Virus genome (UHGV): UHGV-0120889 | Length of the DNA stretch: 64,000 nt | Strand: one strand, 5' to 3' | Source of the DNA: a virus | Shown here: positions 27,676-37,057 of the stretch, one piece after another | Position numbering within the stretch: position 1 is the first letter of the stretch | How the letters are laid out: each line of letters opens with the position of its first letter | Notes under the pieces: model-generated | Seen by the model: the letters and a program-made list of their open reading frames with translations, nothing else | What the model was told of the DNA's origin: nothing | Database searches by the model: none | Made by a program: the position numbers and the translations under genes

Positions 27676-28140
27676 GTGGAAGACGGACGTTTAATGAGGT
27701 CTGAACGCAGGCTTATTGTGCAACTGATCCCAGAAACAGCTTGGTATAATAACCTCCGAAACGCTGTGAAGAAGAGTGAGTGGGATAAGATCCGTAAGAA
27801 GTGCTACAGAGAGGCAAACTACACTTGCGAGGTGTGCGGCGGTAAAGGCAGCAAACATCCAGTGGAGTGTCATGAACTTTACACTTTCGAAGAGGGAGTG
27901 ATCCGGCTTGTCGGACTGATAGCGTTGTGCCCAGATTGTCACACATCGGTACATCCTGGATTAGCAAATATCCGTGGAAAGTATGCTCAGGCAGTTAATC
28001 AGTTGGCTAAGGTGAATAAGATCACCAGAGGTATGGCAGAGGCGTATTACCGAGACTGCTTTGCAGAGTGGCGCGAGCTTAGTAAAGTTCCAGAATGGAA
28101 GACTGACTTTTCGTGGATAGAGGGTTACCTTGATAGCTAA
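27676..28140 (+). CDS. zinc-finger protein, possibly HNH-like nuclease
   Basis: CEVCGG...HPVECHELY...CPDCHTSVH Cys/His arrangement. Confidence 0.35.
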   Translation: MEDGRLMRSERRLIVQLIPETAWYNNLRNAVKKSEWDKIRKKCYREANYTCEVCGGKGSKHPVECHELYTFEEGVIRLVGLIALCPDCHTSVHPGLANIRGKYAQAVNQLAKVNKITRGMAEAYYRDCFAEWRELSKVPEWKTDFSWIEGYLDS

Positions 28141-28423
28141 GAGATCTGTAAAAGAGAAATTCGATAAGACAGCTTTTGTATTCGATACACCTCTGGACGA
28201 TATCATCAGGGGTATGCAAGCCTTGTATCGGAAGGCTGAATCTGAGCAGTTGTCTGAATCAGAACTTTACTGGCTTGGTTGGTGGGAGTTAAACCTGCCT
28301 AAAGCTGAAAGCTCTTGTCTGAGAACTGTTAAAACGTGCGCCCAAGAAAACGCTGCACTTGGAATCTACCACAAAAGGAAAAGATCAACAAAAAGCTCTC
28401 CAAGAAAGACTAAAAAGTCTTGA
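28130..28423 (+). CDS. hypothetical protein (97 aa)
   Basis: ORF track; basic C-terminus. Confidence 0.4.
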   Translation: MIAKRSVKEKFDKTAFVFDTPLDDIIRGMQALYRKAESEQLSESELYWLGWWELNLPKAESSCLRTVKTCAQENAALGIYHKRKRSTKSSPRKTKKS

Positions 28424-28449
28424 CAAAAGTGTTATTAATCTGATATTAT
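28420..28449 (+). promoter_or_regulatory. sigma70-type promoter
   Basis: TTGACA (28420) - 18 bp - TATTAT (28444). Confidence 0.55.
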
Positions 28450-28482
28450 CGGTCAGATATCTATAAACTAGGAGAACTAGGT

Positions 28483-28791
28483 ATGCTTAAAATTTTTATT
28501 GTTGAAGATAAAGATATTGTCCAGTTGTATGCAAACGAGAATCATAAAGGTATGATTCTGAAGAAGGCAAGCAACCTTCATGAAAACACAATTCAACCTG
28601 GCGATGTAATTAAGATCTGTGGTTATATGATACCGGACTCCTTGATGAAAATAACCCACCACTGGGGGTCTAATCCGTTCCTTTTTGAAAAGTATTGGGA
28701 TGTTGAGTCACTTATTGCAGGGAGTGATGATGCATTCCATTACAGCATCCAACCATCTTGCAGAATAACTAACAGGAGGGTCTTTGAGTAG
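28483..28791 (+). CDS. hypothetical protein (102 aa)
   Basis: ORF track; AGGAGAA RBS. Confidence 0.45.
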   Translation: MLKIFIVEDKDIVQLYANENHKGMILKKASNLHENTIQPGDVIKICGYMIPDSLMKITHHWGSNPFLFEKYWDVESLIAGSDDAFHYSIQPSCRITNRRVFE

Positions 28792-29923
28792 AGAATATCC
28801 ACTTATTGAGTCCATAGATTGTCTGGCTGATCTTCTTGAACCTGACGCTATAGTTTATTATGACTTCGATCAGGTTGCATATCAAGCTGCAGCAAGTTGT
28901 GAAAAAAGGACAATTGAGGTAACACACAAAGCCTCCGGACGTAAGAAGATGTTTAAAACACGAACAGAGTTCTGGGGGCGGCAGAAGAACACCGTTGGTG
29001 GTTGGCTAAAAGCTGAGAATACCAACCGTGAAGCCGCATGTAAAAAGTCTGGTAAGGAGTTTATTCCGTGGACACGTGAAGATTTTGATGTCTTGGATAT
29101 CCAAACACCTGACCCTGTAGAGAACTGCTTGCACACAATAAAATGTAAGGCAAATGCAGTTCTTAACTATCTTGGTATTCCGGAAGAGCGATGTGTCGGG
29201 GTGTTGGGAGGCACAGGTAACTTCAGACTAGATCTTCCAATGCCGGAAAGATACAAAGCCAACCGTAACAATACTCTTCGACCACTGCTGCTTGGAGATG
29301 CAAGACAGTATCTCCAAAAGCAGTATAATGCTCAAGTGATCAACGGTATCGAGGCTGATGACTGGTTAGCTATCCAGCAATTTGAAGGTTGGAACCACTA
29401 CCAAAAAACAGGTAAGTTCAACAAGTTTATTATCTCTATTGATAAGGACCAAAGAACACTACCGGGGCTTGTGTTCGATCCCATGCGAAACGATAAGGGA
29501 GATTTTGTAAGGGAAACCCCTATGCTGATCGATAACGGTATGGGGAACATCTTCATGAAGCCTAATGGAGAGGTTGGTGGTTACGGAATGCTGTTCTTCG
29601 GATACCAAATGCTGTGTGGTGACTCTGCTGACAACATCAAGCCGTATCAAGGACTTATCGGTAAGGGTAAGTTCGGAGATGCCTCAGCATTCTACCTACT
29701 GTCTCAGTGCAGCACTCCAAAGGAGATGTGGGTGGCTATTATTGATCAGTACAAGAAGTGGTTCCCGAAAGGTGTTGTTAAGTATACTGACTTCAATGGT
29801 ATTGATCGTAGAATCTCCGTAGGTCAATGGATGAGTATAATTTTTGACTGTTTGTATATGAAGCGAACATTCAATGATCAAACAAAACTTGTTAACGTTC
29901 TTAGAAATGTTGGAGCAATTTGA
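28784..29923 (+). CDS. 5'-3' exonuclease / flap endonuclease (FEN family)
   Basis: GIEADDWLA and LCGDSADNIKPYQGLIGKGKFG (H3TH GDxSDNIPGV-like) motifs. Confidence 0.7.
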   Translation: MSREYPLIESIDCLADLLEPDAIVYYDFDQVAYQAAASCEKRTIEVTHKASGRKKMFKTRTEFWGRQKNTVGGWLKAENTNREAACKKSGKEFIPWTREDFDVLDIQTPDPVENCLHTIKCKANAVLNYLGIPEERCVGVLGGTGNFRLDLPMPERYKANRNNTLRPLLLGDARQYLQKQYNAQVINGIEADDWLAIQQFEGWNHYQKTGKFNKFIISIDKDQRTLPGLVFDPMRNDKGDFVRETPMLIDNGMGNIFMKPNGEVGGYGMLFFGYQMLCGDSADNIKPYQGLIGKGKFGDASAFYLLSQCSTPKEMWVAIIDQYKKWFPKGVVKYTDFNGIDRRISVGQWMSIIFDCLYMKRTFNDQTKLVNVLRNVGAI

Positions 29924-30255
29924 TGACTAAAAATTCTGTAGATAACGCAATTATGGAAGCTGTTTTTGAGGATGATCACACAACAGGGACACTTAAAACA
30001 AAAAATACATTCGTTGTTGCCACAGGTATGTGGCGGTTGTATGAAGATGACACCATTTCATACATCCTGTACACGGATGATTACGCAGATGACCGTGTAT
30101 GGTCTGCTGTTTTAAAAGAGGATTGTGAGCTGATTGAGGGCGAGCGGTTATGCATGTTCACCAGTGTGGAAACAGATGTTAAGCTTTGCTCTCTCGTATT
30201 GTTCAAAGATAAGGCTTATGCTCCTGATGAAGGAGAGGAGGATGAGGAAGCATGA
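29920..30255 (+). CDS. hypothetical acidic protein (111 aa)
   Basis: ORF track; C-terminal EGEEDEEA. Confidence 0.4.
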   Translation: MMTKNSVDNAIMEAVFEDDHTTGTLKTKNTFVVATGMWRLYEDDTISYILYTDDYADDRVWSAVLKEDCELIEGERLCMFTSVETDVKLCSLVLFKDKAYAPDEGEEDEEA

Positions 30256-30881
30256 GAGAGCGTCTATTATCCATAGACCAGTCGTTGACACACACAGCTT
30301 GCGTTGTATGGGACGATGGAAAGCCTGTTCATAAGGTTGTGTTACGAACTCAAAGCTCATCTGCAAAAGAGAAGAAACCAGGGACGGTTTCTTTTGCAAC
30401 AGCTGCTGAGCGTATTGACTGGATCTGCAAACAGGTCAGATATTATATCCACACGCACGGCGTTGACACTGTAGTTATGGAAGGGCTTTCCTTTGGATCA
30501 CGCGGGGATGCCACACGTGAACTGGCTGGGTTGTTTTACGGTCTTGAAGTTATGCTTTGGGATGCCTTAGCTGATTGTGAAAATGACGGCCTGTTTAAGG
30601 TCCACACAGTGACACCAACAACTGCCAAAAAGTTTGCTCGTGGTCATCTTCCTGAGGAACTTGCTTTCGAGGAGAAGAAAAAGCTTGACAAAAAGACAGG
30701 TAAAGAGCATACTGTGAAGAAACCTGTTACGATGGATAAAAAGTTGATGGTTAAGGCCTGCGAAGTATCTGAACCTGGGTTCCTAGATGGGATCAATTTG
30801 GTACAAGGTAAGGCCGATCTCGCAGATGCTTATTGGATAGGCAGGGCGCATCTGGAGGGATTATCGCAAAGCGTAAAATAA
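30252..30881 (+). CDS. RuvC-like Holliday junction resolvase
   Basis: RuvC-pattern acidic residues: LLSIDQS (D), VVMEGLSF (E), DLADAYWIGRAHL (D) with overall RuvC-like spacing. Confidence 0.55.
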   Translation: MRERLLSIDQSLTHTACVVWDDGKPVHKVVLRTQSSSAKEKKPGTVSFATAAERIDWICKQVRYYIHTHGVDTVVMEGLSFGSRGDATRELAGLFYGLEVMLWDALADCENDGLFKVHTVTPTTAKKFARGHLPEELAFEEKKKLDKKTGKEHTVKKPVTMDKKLMVKACEVSEPGFLDGINLVQGKADLADAYWIGRAHLEGLSQSVK

Positions 30882-31438
30882 GAAAGAAAGCTGTCAAAGC
30901 CCCCGTTCATAACGGGTGGTTAAAAGATTCTAAGGACATAGCCAACTTTCGAAAAGAATTGTCAGAGGAGCAGGATGGTCTTGATCCTATCTTGTGCGAG
31001 CCACTTCGTAAGCCTTGTTTGGATCATGACCATCTGACTGGTCGTTGCAGGGGTGTTTTGTCCCAATGCACTAATACCTTTGAGGGGTATGTGCTTAAAT
31101 ACTGGATGAAATACTGTAACGAGTATACAGATTGCAGTTTATCAGAGGCGTTGCGCCGGATGGCTGACTATTTGGAGAAAGACTACAGCGACTTCCCGCT
31201 CCACAAAAACTACAGAGATGATATGACAAAGTTCTTGAGGAGATGCTCTAAAGCTACGATCATTGCACGAGCAGAATCAGATTTCAATCTTGTCATTAAT
31301 CCGGAGTGCACCAAGCATGAGGCTATTGAGTTCTACATGCAGGAGTTTATAAAGAAAACTGAGGAGAGAGATTTCTATGGGGATGAAAAAGGTATTCAAT
31401 CCTTGCGATTCAGTTCTGATCAGGATGAAATACCGTAA
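30833..31438 (+). CDS. endonuclease VII-like (T4 gp49-type) protein; start uncertain
   Basis: CEPLRKPCLDHDHLTGRCRGVLSQCTNTFEG matches endo VII H-N-H/zinc motif (LDHDH...RG.LC..CN); no clean ATG, TTG at 30833. Confidence 0.5.
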   Translation: MDRQGASGGIIAKRKIRKKAVKAPVHNGWLKDSKDIANFRKELSEEQDGLDPILCEPLRKPCLDHDHLTGRCRGVLSQCTNTFEGYVLKYWMKYCNEYTDCSLSEALRRMADYLEKDYSDFPLHKNYRDDMTKFLRRCSKATIIARAESDFNLVINPECTKHEAIEFYMQEFIKKTEERDFYGDEKGIQSLRFSSDQDEIP

Positions 31439-31598
31439 CTGGAAAGGTGTTGTTGCAGATCGCTGCGTTACTGAGCCTAATTTATGGTTTGGCTCTACAG
31501 AGTATCATAAAGAAGAGCAATGGTTGATGCGTGCCTTCGATGTAGACAAGGGCGAATATCGTGACTTCGCTTTAAAAGACATTCTTCAGTTTTACTAA
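31377..31598 (+). CDS. hypothetical protein (73 aa)
   Basis: ORF track; overlaps 3' end of previous gene in another frame. Confidence 0.3.
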   Translation: MGMKKVFNPCDSVLIRMKYRNWKGVVADRCVTEPNLWFGSTEYHKEEQWLMRAFDVDKGEYRDFALKDILQFY

Positions 31599-31610
31599 GG
31601 AATCTTAACG

Positions 31611-32594
31611 ATGATGACAAAGTTAACTCTTGAGCAAATTTTAACACTAAAGCAACAGGGATACACTAATAGACAAATTGCTCGTGAATTTTTAGGCCGT
31701 GAGTCACGTGAGAGCTGGATCCGACTACAGCTTAAACGTGCACAAGAGAATATGTCAGAGATTCTAGGAGAAGCAACGGAGCGCTTCCTTGAAGAGCACA
31801 AAGGTGCTAAAGTTTGGGTGTATGATACAGAGACATCTCCAACAAACGGCTGGTTCTTTGGGCACTATAAGACCAACATTCAAACCTGCGGTATTGAAAT
31901 TATGCCCTACATGCTAACTTTCGCAGGTAAGTGGTTAGACAGTCCTAGTGTGGTTGACTGCGCTCTTCCTGATTACAAAATGTGGGATGAGGATATTCAC
32001 AATGATCTCGAATTGATTCAGGATTTGTGGTATTATCTGGATAAATGTGATGTCGCAGTAGCCCACAATTCAGGTTTTGACTGTGGGTGGGCCAACCAAC
32101 GATTTGCATTTCACGGATTGCCTCCAACAAGCCCCTACAAAGAGGTTGACACCCTTAAAATGATCAAGAAGGCATTCCGTTTGAATGCAAACACTTTGGA
32201 GTATGCATGCAAATACTTCCAACTTGCCCGACAGAAACTGATTGACCACACATTTGAAATGTGGATCAAGTGTGTTCACGGTGATCTTGAGGCGTTTAAA
32301 CAGATGCGGGAGTACAATGTTGGCGATATCCTATCTCTGGAAGGCCTGTATTTGCTGGCTCGCCCGTTTGCTAAGCAGCACCCCAACATGTCATTGTACT
32401 ACCAGGATGAGGAGCCAAAAGTTCGTTGCCCACGCTGTGGTGGAGAACACCTTCACGAGGAAGAAGCTTTGGCGTATACTCAACTGAGTGCATTTAAAAC
32501 ATACCGCTGCGAAGGTTGTGGATCTGTTGTTCGTGACCGTAACAACATCCGCACCAGAGAAGAAATGAAAAATACCCTGATTCAGATAATCTAA
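31611..32594 (+). CDS. DnaQ-like DEDD 3'-5' exonuclease with N-terminal HTH and C-terminal zinc ribbon
   Basis: Exo I VYDTETS, Exo II AHNSGFD, Exo III YNVGD; N-terminal QQGYTNRQIAREF HTH; CPRCGG...CEGCGS. Confidence 0.55.
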   Translation: MMTKLTLEQILTLKQQGYTNRQIAREFLGRESRESWIRLQLKRAQENMSEILGEATERFLEEHKGAKVWVYDTETSPTNGWFFGHYKTNIQTCGIEIMPYMLTFAGKWLDSPSVVDCALPDYKMWDEDIHNDLELIQDLWYYLDKCDVAVAHNSGFDCGWANQRFAFHGLPPTSPYKEVDTLKMIKKAFRLNANTLEYACKYFQLARQKLIDHTFEMWIKCVHGDLEAFKQMREYNVGDILSLEGLYLLARPFAKQHPNMSLYYQDEEPKVRCPRCGGEHLHEEEALAYTQLSAFKTYRCEGCGSVVRDRNNIRTREEMKNTLIQII

Positions 32595-32602
32595 CAATTA
32601 TA

Positions 32603-32630
32603 GGGAGGCTTGCGCCTCCCTTTTCCTTTT
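32603..32630 (+). terminator. rho-independent terminator
   Basis: GGGAGGC-TTGC-GCCTCCC perfect hairpin followed by TTTTCCTTTT. Confidence 0.75.
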
Positions 32631-32639
32631 GGAGGAACT

Positions 32640-33458
32640 TTGAGCAAGAAAGAGTCCAACGACAAATACTACACAAACCCTGAGTATGCAGAATATCTTG
32701 TTGGTAAAGTAAAAGATAAGTATGGGAATTGTGCATACGTTGAGCCTTCTGCTGGAAGGGGTTCTTTTTCAAAACTATTTTCAGAGATACTGTCGTACGA
32801 TTTAGTACCAGATCCTGAATTTGAAGGACCAACACCGTGCATTCAGGCAAACTTCTTGGAGGTGCATCCCAAGGCAGATGTCTTCATAGGTAACCCACCA
32901 TTTGGCAAGAATTCATCCTTAGCTTGCAAATTCTTTAACCATTGTGCATCATTGCTAGAGCTTGGAGGGGCTATAGCCTTCATCTTGCCACGGACATTTG
33001 AAAAAATATTTTTTGCAAACAAACTGGACATGTCGATGCACCTTGTCTACAGCGAAAGGTGCCCTAAGAATTCGTTTTTACTTAATGGCAAACCTTATGA
33101 CGTGCCATGTGTTTTCCAAATTTGGGAGAAAAAGGCGTGCAATAGGGATCCTGTAGAGATTGGAGAGAATAAGTTATTTTCTTTTAGCACACCAGATGAC
33201 TACGACTTCTGTGTAAGACGTGTTGGGTATAATGCTGGAAAAGTATTGGGGGATGATGACCCAAAATCTGAAGAATCAACATATTTCATAAAATCTTTAG
33301 TTAACGGTGTTGACAGAGTGTTTGCTGAATGCTATTCTTCTTTTCAAGAAGAAGCAGGTAAGACTGCTGGAATGAAGAGTATAGGTAAGAAAGAACTACA
33401 ATACATTTTGGAGACCAGGTATGATCAAAAGCATAGACTTGACCAAAGAACTTACTGA
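32640..33458 (+). CDS. DNA methyltransferase (NPPF motif; N6-adenine or N4-cytosine), TTG start
   Basis: Motif I VEPSAGRGSF and motif IV FIGNPPFG; GGAGG RBS then in-frame TTG after the terminator. Confidence 0.55.
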   Translation: MSKKESNDKYYTNPEYAEYLVGKVKDKYGNCAYVEPSAGRGSFSKLFSEILSYDLVPDPEFEGPTPCIQANFLEVHPKADVFIGNPPFGKNSSLACKFFNHCASLLELGGAIAFILPRTFEKIFFANKLDMSMHLVYSERCPKNSFLLNGKPYDVPCVFQIWEKKACNRDPVEIGENKLFSFSTPDDYDFCVRRVGYNAGKVLGDDDPKSEESTYFIKSLVNGVDRVFAECYSSFQEEAGKTAGMKSIGKKELQYILETRYDQKHRLDQRTY

Positions 33459-33879
33459 TGCAAAAGCTTTTGGTGAGACAGCGGTACAAAGAGGACAGGC
33501 GATGGGACTGGCACTACCTTTCGTCTTAAAAGAGCACTTTACAGATTTTCAACTTATCAAAGGTGATAAGGGAATGCTTATCCTGGAGCATAAGTTGAGT
33601 AAGAAACGCTATAAAGTCGTTTTTAATTCTAAAGCTCCAACAAAACTGGGATTCAGAACTTACAATCTTAACCCATCCTACACTAAGGGTGTTGGAAGGG
33701 TAGAACAACAGCATTTCAGTGCCAGAGCTTCTTTAGCCCCTTTGATGCTAAATTTCTCAGGGGTGGCTTTAGGATACCTTGATAAGAAAAGGGTTCTTCA
33801 TGTTCGTTTCACAGACTTTGTAACGCTTTTAGCTAACAACGAGGTTGATGAGAAGGGACGTGTAAAAACAAACTTCTAA
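33421..33879 (+). CDS. hypothetical protein (152 aa)
   Basis: ORF track. Confidence 0.4.
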   Translation: MIKSIDLTKELTDAKAFGETAVQRGQAMGLALPFVLKEHFTDFQLIKGDKGMLILEHKLSKKRYKVVFNSKAPTKLGFRTYNLNPSYTKGVGRVEQQHFSARASLAPLMLNFSGVALGYLDKKRVLHVRFTDFVTLLANNEVDEKGRVKTNF

Positions 33880-33894
33880 TAACGCATAGTATGA

Positions 33895-34098
33895 TTGGAG
33901 ACCGAAATGACACTAGAGTTAACAATTCCAGACAGCTTTTCAGAAAACTTTATCCCAGAAATGATGAGTAAGATGCGATCATTGCTTGATCAGATTGAGG
34001 AGGCTGTTTGGGAAGACGATGCTGTAGTGGCTAACGAGCTGGTAGATAAGTGTAAAAGTATTATTGATGCAGTTGAAGAATACCACGGAGGTTTTTAA
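33895..34098 (+). CDS. hypothetical protein (67 aa)
   Basis: ORF track; GGAG RBS; stop overlaps next start. Confidence 0.4.
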   Translation: METEMTLELTIPDSFSENFIPEMMSKMRSLLDQIEEAVWEDDAVVANELVDKCKSIIDAVEEYHGGF

Positions 34099-34715
34099 TG
34101 GATATTATTGTTCTTAACGCCCCACCCAGCAGTGGTAAGGATCACATTGCAGATCTCTTGTTGGAAGCTATTCCTAACTCACACCACCGTGAGGTTAAGG
34201 AAATGCTCTTCAGTGTGGCAATTAAGGCAGCTGGTGTAACTCCTCAACTCTGGAATGCACTTTATGACGACCGCCACTACAAAGAAGAGCCTTGCCCTTT
34301 CTTAATGATAGACGGCAAGCATGTTTCTCCGCGAGAATGGATGATCCATTGTAGTGAAAATCTGATTAAACCTATCTTTGGTGAAGATGCTTTCGGTAAA
34401 GCCGCAGTCGCATCTTTGAAGAAAGATTTCCCTGAAGGTAAAGGGGTTATTGTTTACTCCGATGGGGGATTCAAAGAGGAGCTGGCATGCCTTAGCGAGT
34501 ACGCATACAGCACAGGTGGAGATCTGTTGTTGTTCCGTATTCACCGTGTAGGATATGACTGGGGAAATGATTCCAGAACCTATCTAAGTCTGGAAAAGAA
34601 CGGAATAAAAGGGGTTGAGTTTGATGTTGTAAACCCTGAAGGTGCACCTTGGGAGTGTGCATCGGAGATTGTGTGCAAGTATATTGATGCTAAAGAGGCC
34701 CAAGAAGAATGTTAA
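34098..34715 (+). CDS. deoxynucleoside monophosphate kinase-like P-loop protein
   Basis: N-terminal IIVLNAPPSSGKDHIADLL resembles T4 gp1 dNMP kinase P-loop (LSG..SGKDT.A). Confidence 0.5.
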   Translation: MDIIVLNAPPSSGKDHIADLLLEAIPNSHHREVKEMLFSVAIKAAGVTPQLWNALYDDRHYKEEPCPFLMIDGKHVSPREWMIHCSENLIKPIFGEDAFGKAAVASLKKDFPEGKGVIVYSDGGFKEELACLSEYAYSTGGDLLLFRIHRVGYDWGNDSRTYLSLEKNGIKGVEFDVVNPEGAPWECASEIVCKYIDAKEAQEEC

Positions 34716-35302
34716 TCGGAATTGATGTAGATCTGACACTGGTAGATTCAGGAACAGCATGGTGGGAGTGGTTGGAGCGTTTGTATGGTCCAGCCAGTAA
34801 GACAGTAGCTAAACCTTCTAATGGGCTAATGTATTACGATCTGTCAAAGTATTGGCCTGATCGTCCCAAAGAAAACATCATAGGACCTTTTGATTTCTGG
34901 AGTGATCCGTTCCTCTACGACTTCCTTAAGCCTGAAGAGGGGGCTATTGAGGTTATGAAAGATTTGGTGGCTCGTGGTCACAAGCTTGCATTTATCTCGG
35001 TATGCAAGAAAGGTCACCTTGCATCTAAATCAAGGTTCTTAAAGCGTTGGACCAGTGATTTTATGGATCTGGACGATCACACCCAGGGCCACGGCTTCTA
35101 CGCCACACATTTCAAAGGGAATGTGGCTGTAGATGTTATAATTGACGACAGGCATGAATACCTGAACCAATTCGCTTCACGACCTGAAGTTATTAAAATC
35201 CTAAAAGATACGCCTTATGAGCAATTCGAGGAGTTAAAGGTCAGTGTTGACTATACCGCTAATAGCTGGTATAAAATAGGAAAATTTTTAGAAGGTATTT
35301 GA
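34709..35302 (+). CDS. HAD-superfamily phosphatase (5'-nucleotidase-like)
   Basis: HAD motif I IDVDLTLVD (DxDxT), motif IV-like VDVIIDD. Confidence 0.5.
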   Translation: MLIGIDVDLTLVDSGTAWWEWLERLYGPASKTVAKPSNGLMYYDLSKYWPDRPKENIIGPFDFWSDPFLYDFLKPEEGAIEVMKDLVARGHKLAFISVCKKGHLASKSRFLKRWTSDFMDLDDHTQGHGFYATHFKGNVAVDVIIDDRHEYLNQFASRPEVIKILKDTPYEQFEELKVSVDYTANSWYKIGKFLEGI

Positions 35303-35303
35303 A

Positions 35304-35504
35304 ATGGGCAGATGTTCTAAAGGTGGCGATCCTGTAGTCAGATACGGTGACTGGCTAGAGGTGTATGATCTAGGAGGTAAGCTAGTGTATGCCTCTAGGA
35401 TCACCCAAGATATGTGCTCTGACATGTTCAACAGATACCTTGCATTTAAGGCCAACATAAACCCAGACGAAATTTCCAAAATTAAAACAAGGAGAGCTAA
35501 ATAA
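35304..35504 (+). CDS. hypothetical protein (66 aa)
   Basis: ORF track. Confidence 0.4.
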   Translation: MGRCSKGGDPVVRYGDWLEVYDLGGKLVYASRITQDMCSDMFNRYLAFKANINPDEISKIKTRRAK

Positions 35505-36487
35505 TGCTAAAACTGTGCACTGCAAAGATTATTGCTGACAGCATTTCCGAGAAAGGTAAGCGTATCACCACTTTTGAACTAGAGTATCCTCGAATTATTC
35601 ACTCAGAGCTTATGACGCACCGAGTGTTCAGCCGAAACGCCATGTCTTCCCGTGCAGTGCCTGTCGGCAAGATGCTGCAACAGATTGTGGAGAATCCGGC
35701 AATGCCAGTTCGCTTCGGTGTAAATAAGCGAGGAATGGAAGATGGTGGGGAACACGATCAAAAGATCCGTGTAGAGTACACTGACATGGAGCTAACTCCT
35801 GAAGAGTTTTGGAAAGAAGCTGCAAAAAACGCCGCTTGGCATGCAGAGAAGTTCGCCCTTGCTGGTTACCATAAGCAAGTATGTAACCGCTTAGTGGAGC
35901 CGTTCCAGCGCATGAAAACAGTTGTAACAAGCACCGAGTGGAATAATTTTTTCCACCTCCGTTGCTGGCACGATGCGGATCCTACGATTCAGATGTTAGC
36001 TAATTGTATGTGGGAGGCTCTTGAGAATAGCACTCCTGAAATCCTTAAACCGGGTCAATGGCACACCCCATATGTAGAGCACGTTTATTTGGACGGAGAG
36101 TTTAACTACGCTGTACGTGACACAGAAGGAAAGCTCTGCATTCTCGATACTAAAGAAGCTCTGTCTATCAGTGCTAGTTGCTGTGCACAAGTATCTTATC
36201 GAAATATTGACAGCACGTTTGAAAAGGCAGATAGTGTGGCTAAAAAATTGATTGGTGGGGATCGTATTCATGCAAGCCCTTACGAGCACCAGGCAACACC
36301 TATGGATCACGATAACGCAATGGAACGTTTAAACTACTACCTGTCTTCATGTGAAATCACACAAGACATCAGTACTTGGCAGGAAGGTGTAACCCATCAA
36401 GACCGTGATGGTAAATTCTGGTCTGCCAACTTTTGTGGGTGGGTTCAGCACAGACAACTGCTTAATAACCACTTCGTGAAAGGTTAA
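35504..36487 (+). CDS. thyX: flavin-dependent thymidylate synthase-like (ThyX-like)
   Basis: THRVFSRNAMSSRAVP resembles ThyX RHR...S.R signature; sits in nucleotide-metabolism block. Confidence 0.45.
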   Translation: MLKLCTAKIIADSISEKGKRITTFELEYPRIIHSELMTHRVFSRNAMSSRAVPVGKMLQQIVENPAMPVRFGVNKRGMEDGGEHDQKIRVEYTDMELTPEEFWKEAAKNAAWHAEKFALAGYHKQVCNRLVEPFQRMKTVVTSTEWNNFFHLRCWHDADPTIQMLANCMWEALENSTPEILKPGQWHTPYVEHVYLDGEFNYAVRDTEGKLCILDTKEALSISASCCAQVSYRNIDSTFEKADSVAKKLIGGDRIHASPYEHQATPMDHDNAMERLNYYLSSCEITQDISTWQEGVTHQDRDGKFWSANFCGWVQHRQLLNNHFVKG

Positions 36488-36516
36488 TCCTATCACAGCG
36501 ATAGGTAACTTTTGTG

Positions 36517-36545
36517 TTGACTAATAGTATTAGATAATCTATAAT
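36517..36545 (+). promoter_or_regulatory. sigma70-type promoter
   Basis: TTGACT (36517) - 17 bp - TATAAT (36540). Confidence 0.6.
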
Positions 36546-36546
36546 A

Positions 36547-37047
36547 ATGGCTCACTTTGTTGGTGAGCCAGAAATGGAGACAGATATGAGTAATGTTATG
36601 ATTCCTAAAAAGACATTTATTTCAGTTACTTTAGATTTTCTATCTACCGTCCCAGGGTTTAACGTTCGCACACGAAACGGTCTCCGAGCTGCACTCTTTG
36701 CCGTAGGGTTTGATTTAAAAAGTATTGATGTTCTTCGTGGAAAAAACGTTCGATGCAAAAATAAGCCAACACATTATCGAAAGGCAGATGTATTTGCTGG
36801 TGTCATGCGTGCAGACTTTAGATACCCACAAATGTATAACGGTGTAGATATTTTAGATGTAGATAAAGCACCTGGTGAGGCAATGCTTGTTCAAGATCTC
36901 CCGTATGATATCCCTGTAGAGGATCGTGTTAATGTAAGAAAGTATACAAAACAATCTGAAAAGGCTGAAGATATTCATATTGTTGATGAACCTTTCAATT
37001 TTGAAGATCTGCATCGCCTGGAAAAATTATTCGGTATTGAAAGCTAA
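36547..37047 (+). CDS. hypothetical protein (166 aa)
   Basis: ORF track. Confidence 0.4.
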   Translation: MAHFVGEPEMETDMSNVMIPKKTFISVTLDFLSTVPGFNVRTRNGLRAALFAVGFDLKSIDVLRGKNVRCKNKPTHYRKADVFAGVMRADFRYPQMYNGVDILDVDKAPGEAMLVQDLPYDIPVEDRVNVRKYTKQSEKAEDIHIVDEPFNFEDLHRLEKLFGIES

Positions 37048-37057
37048 GGTGGTGAAG

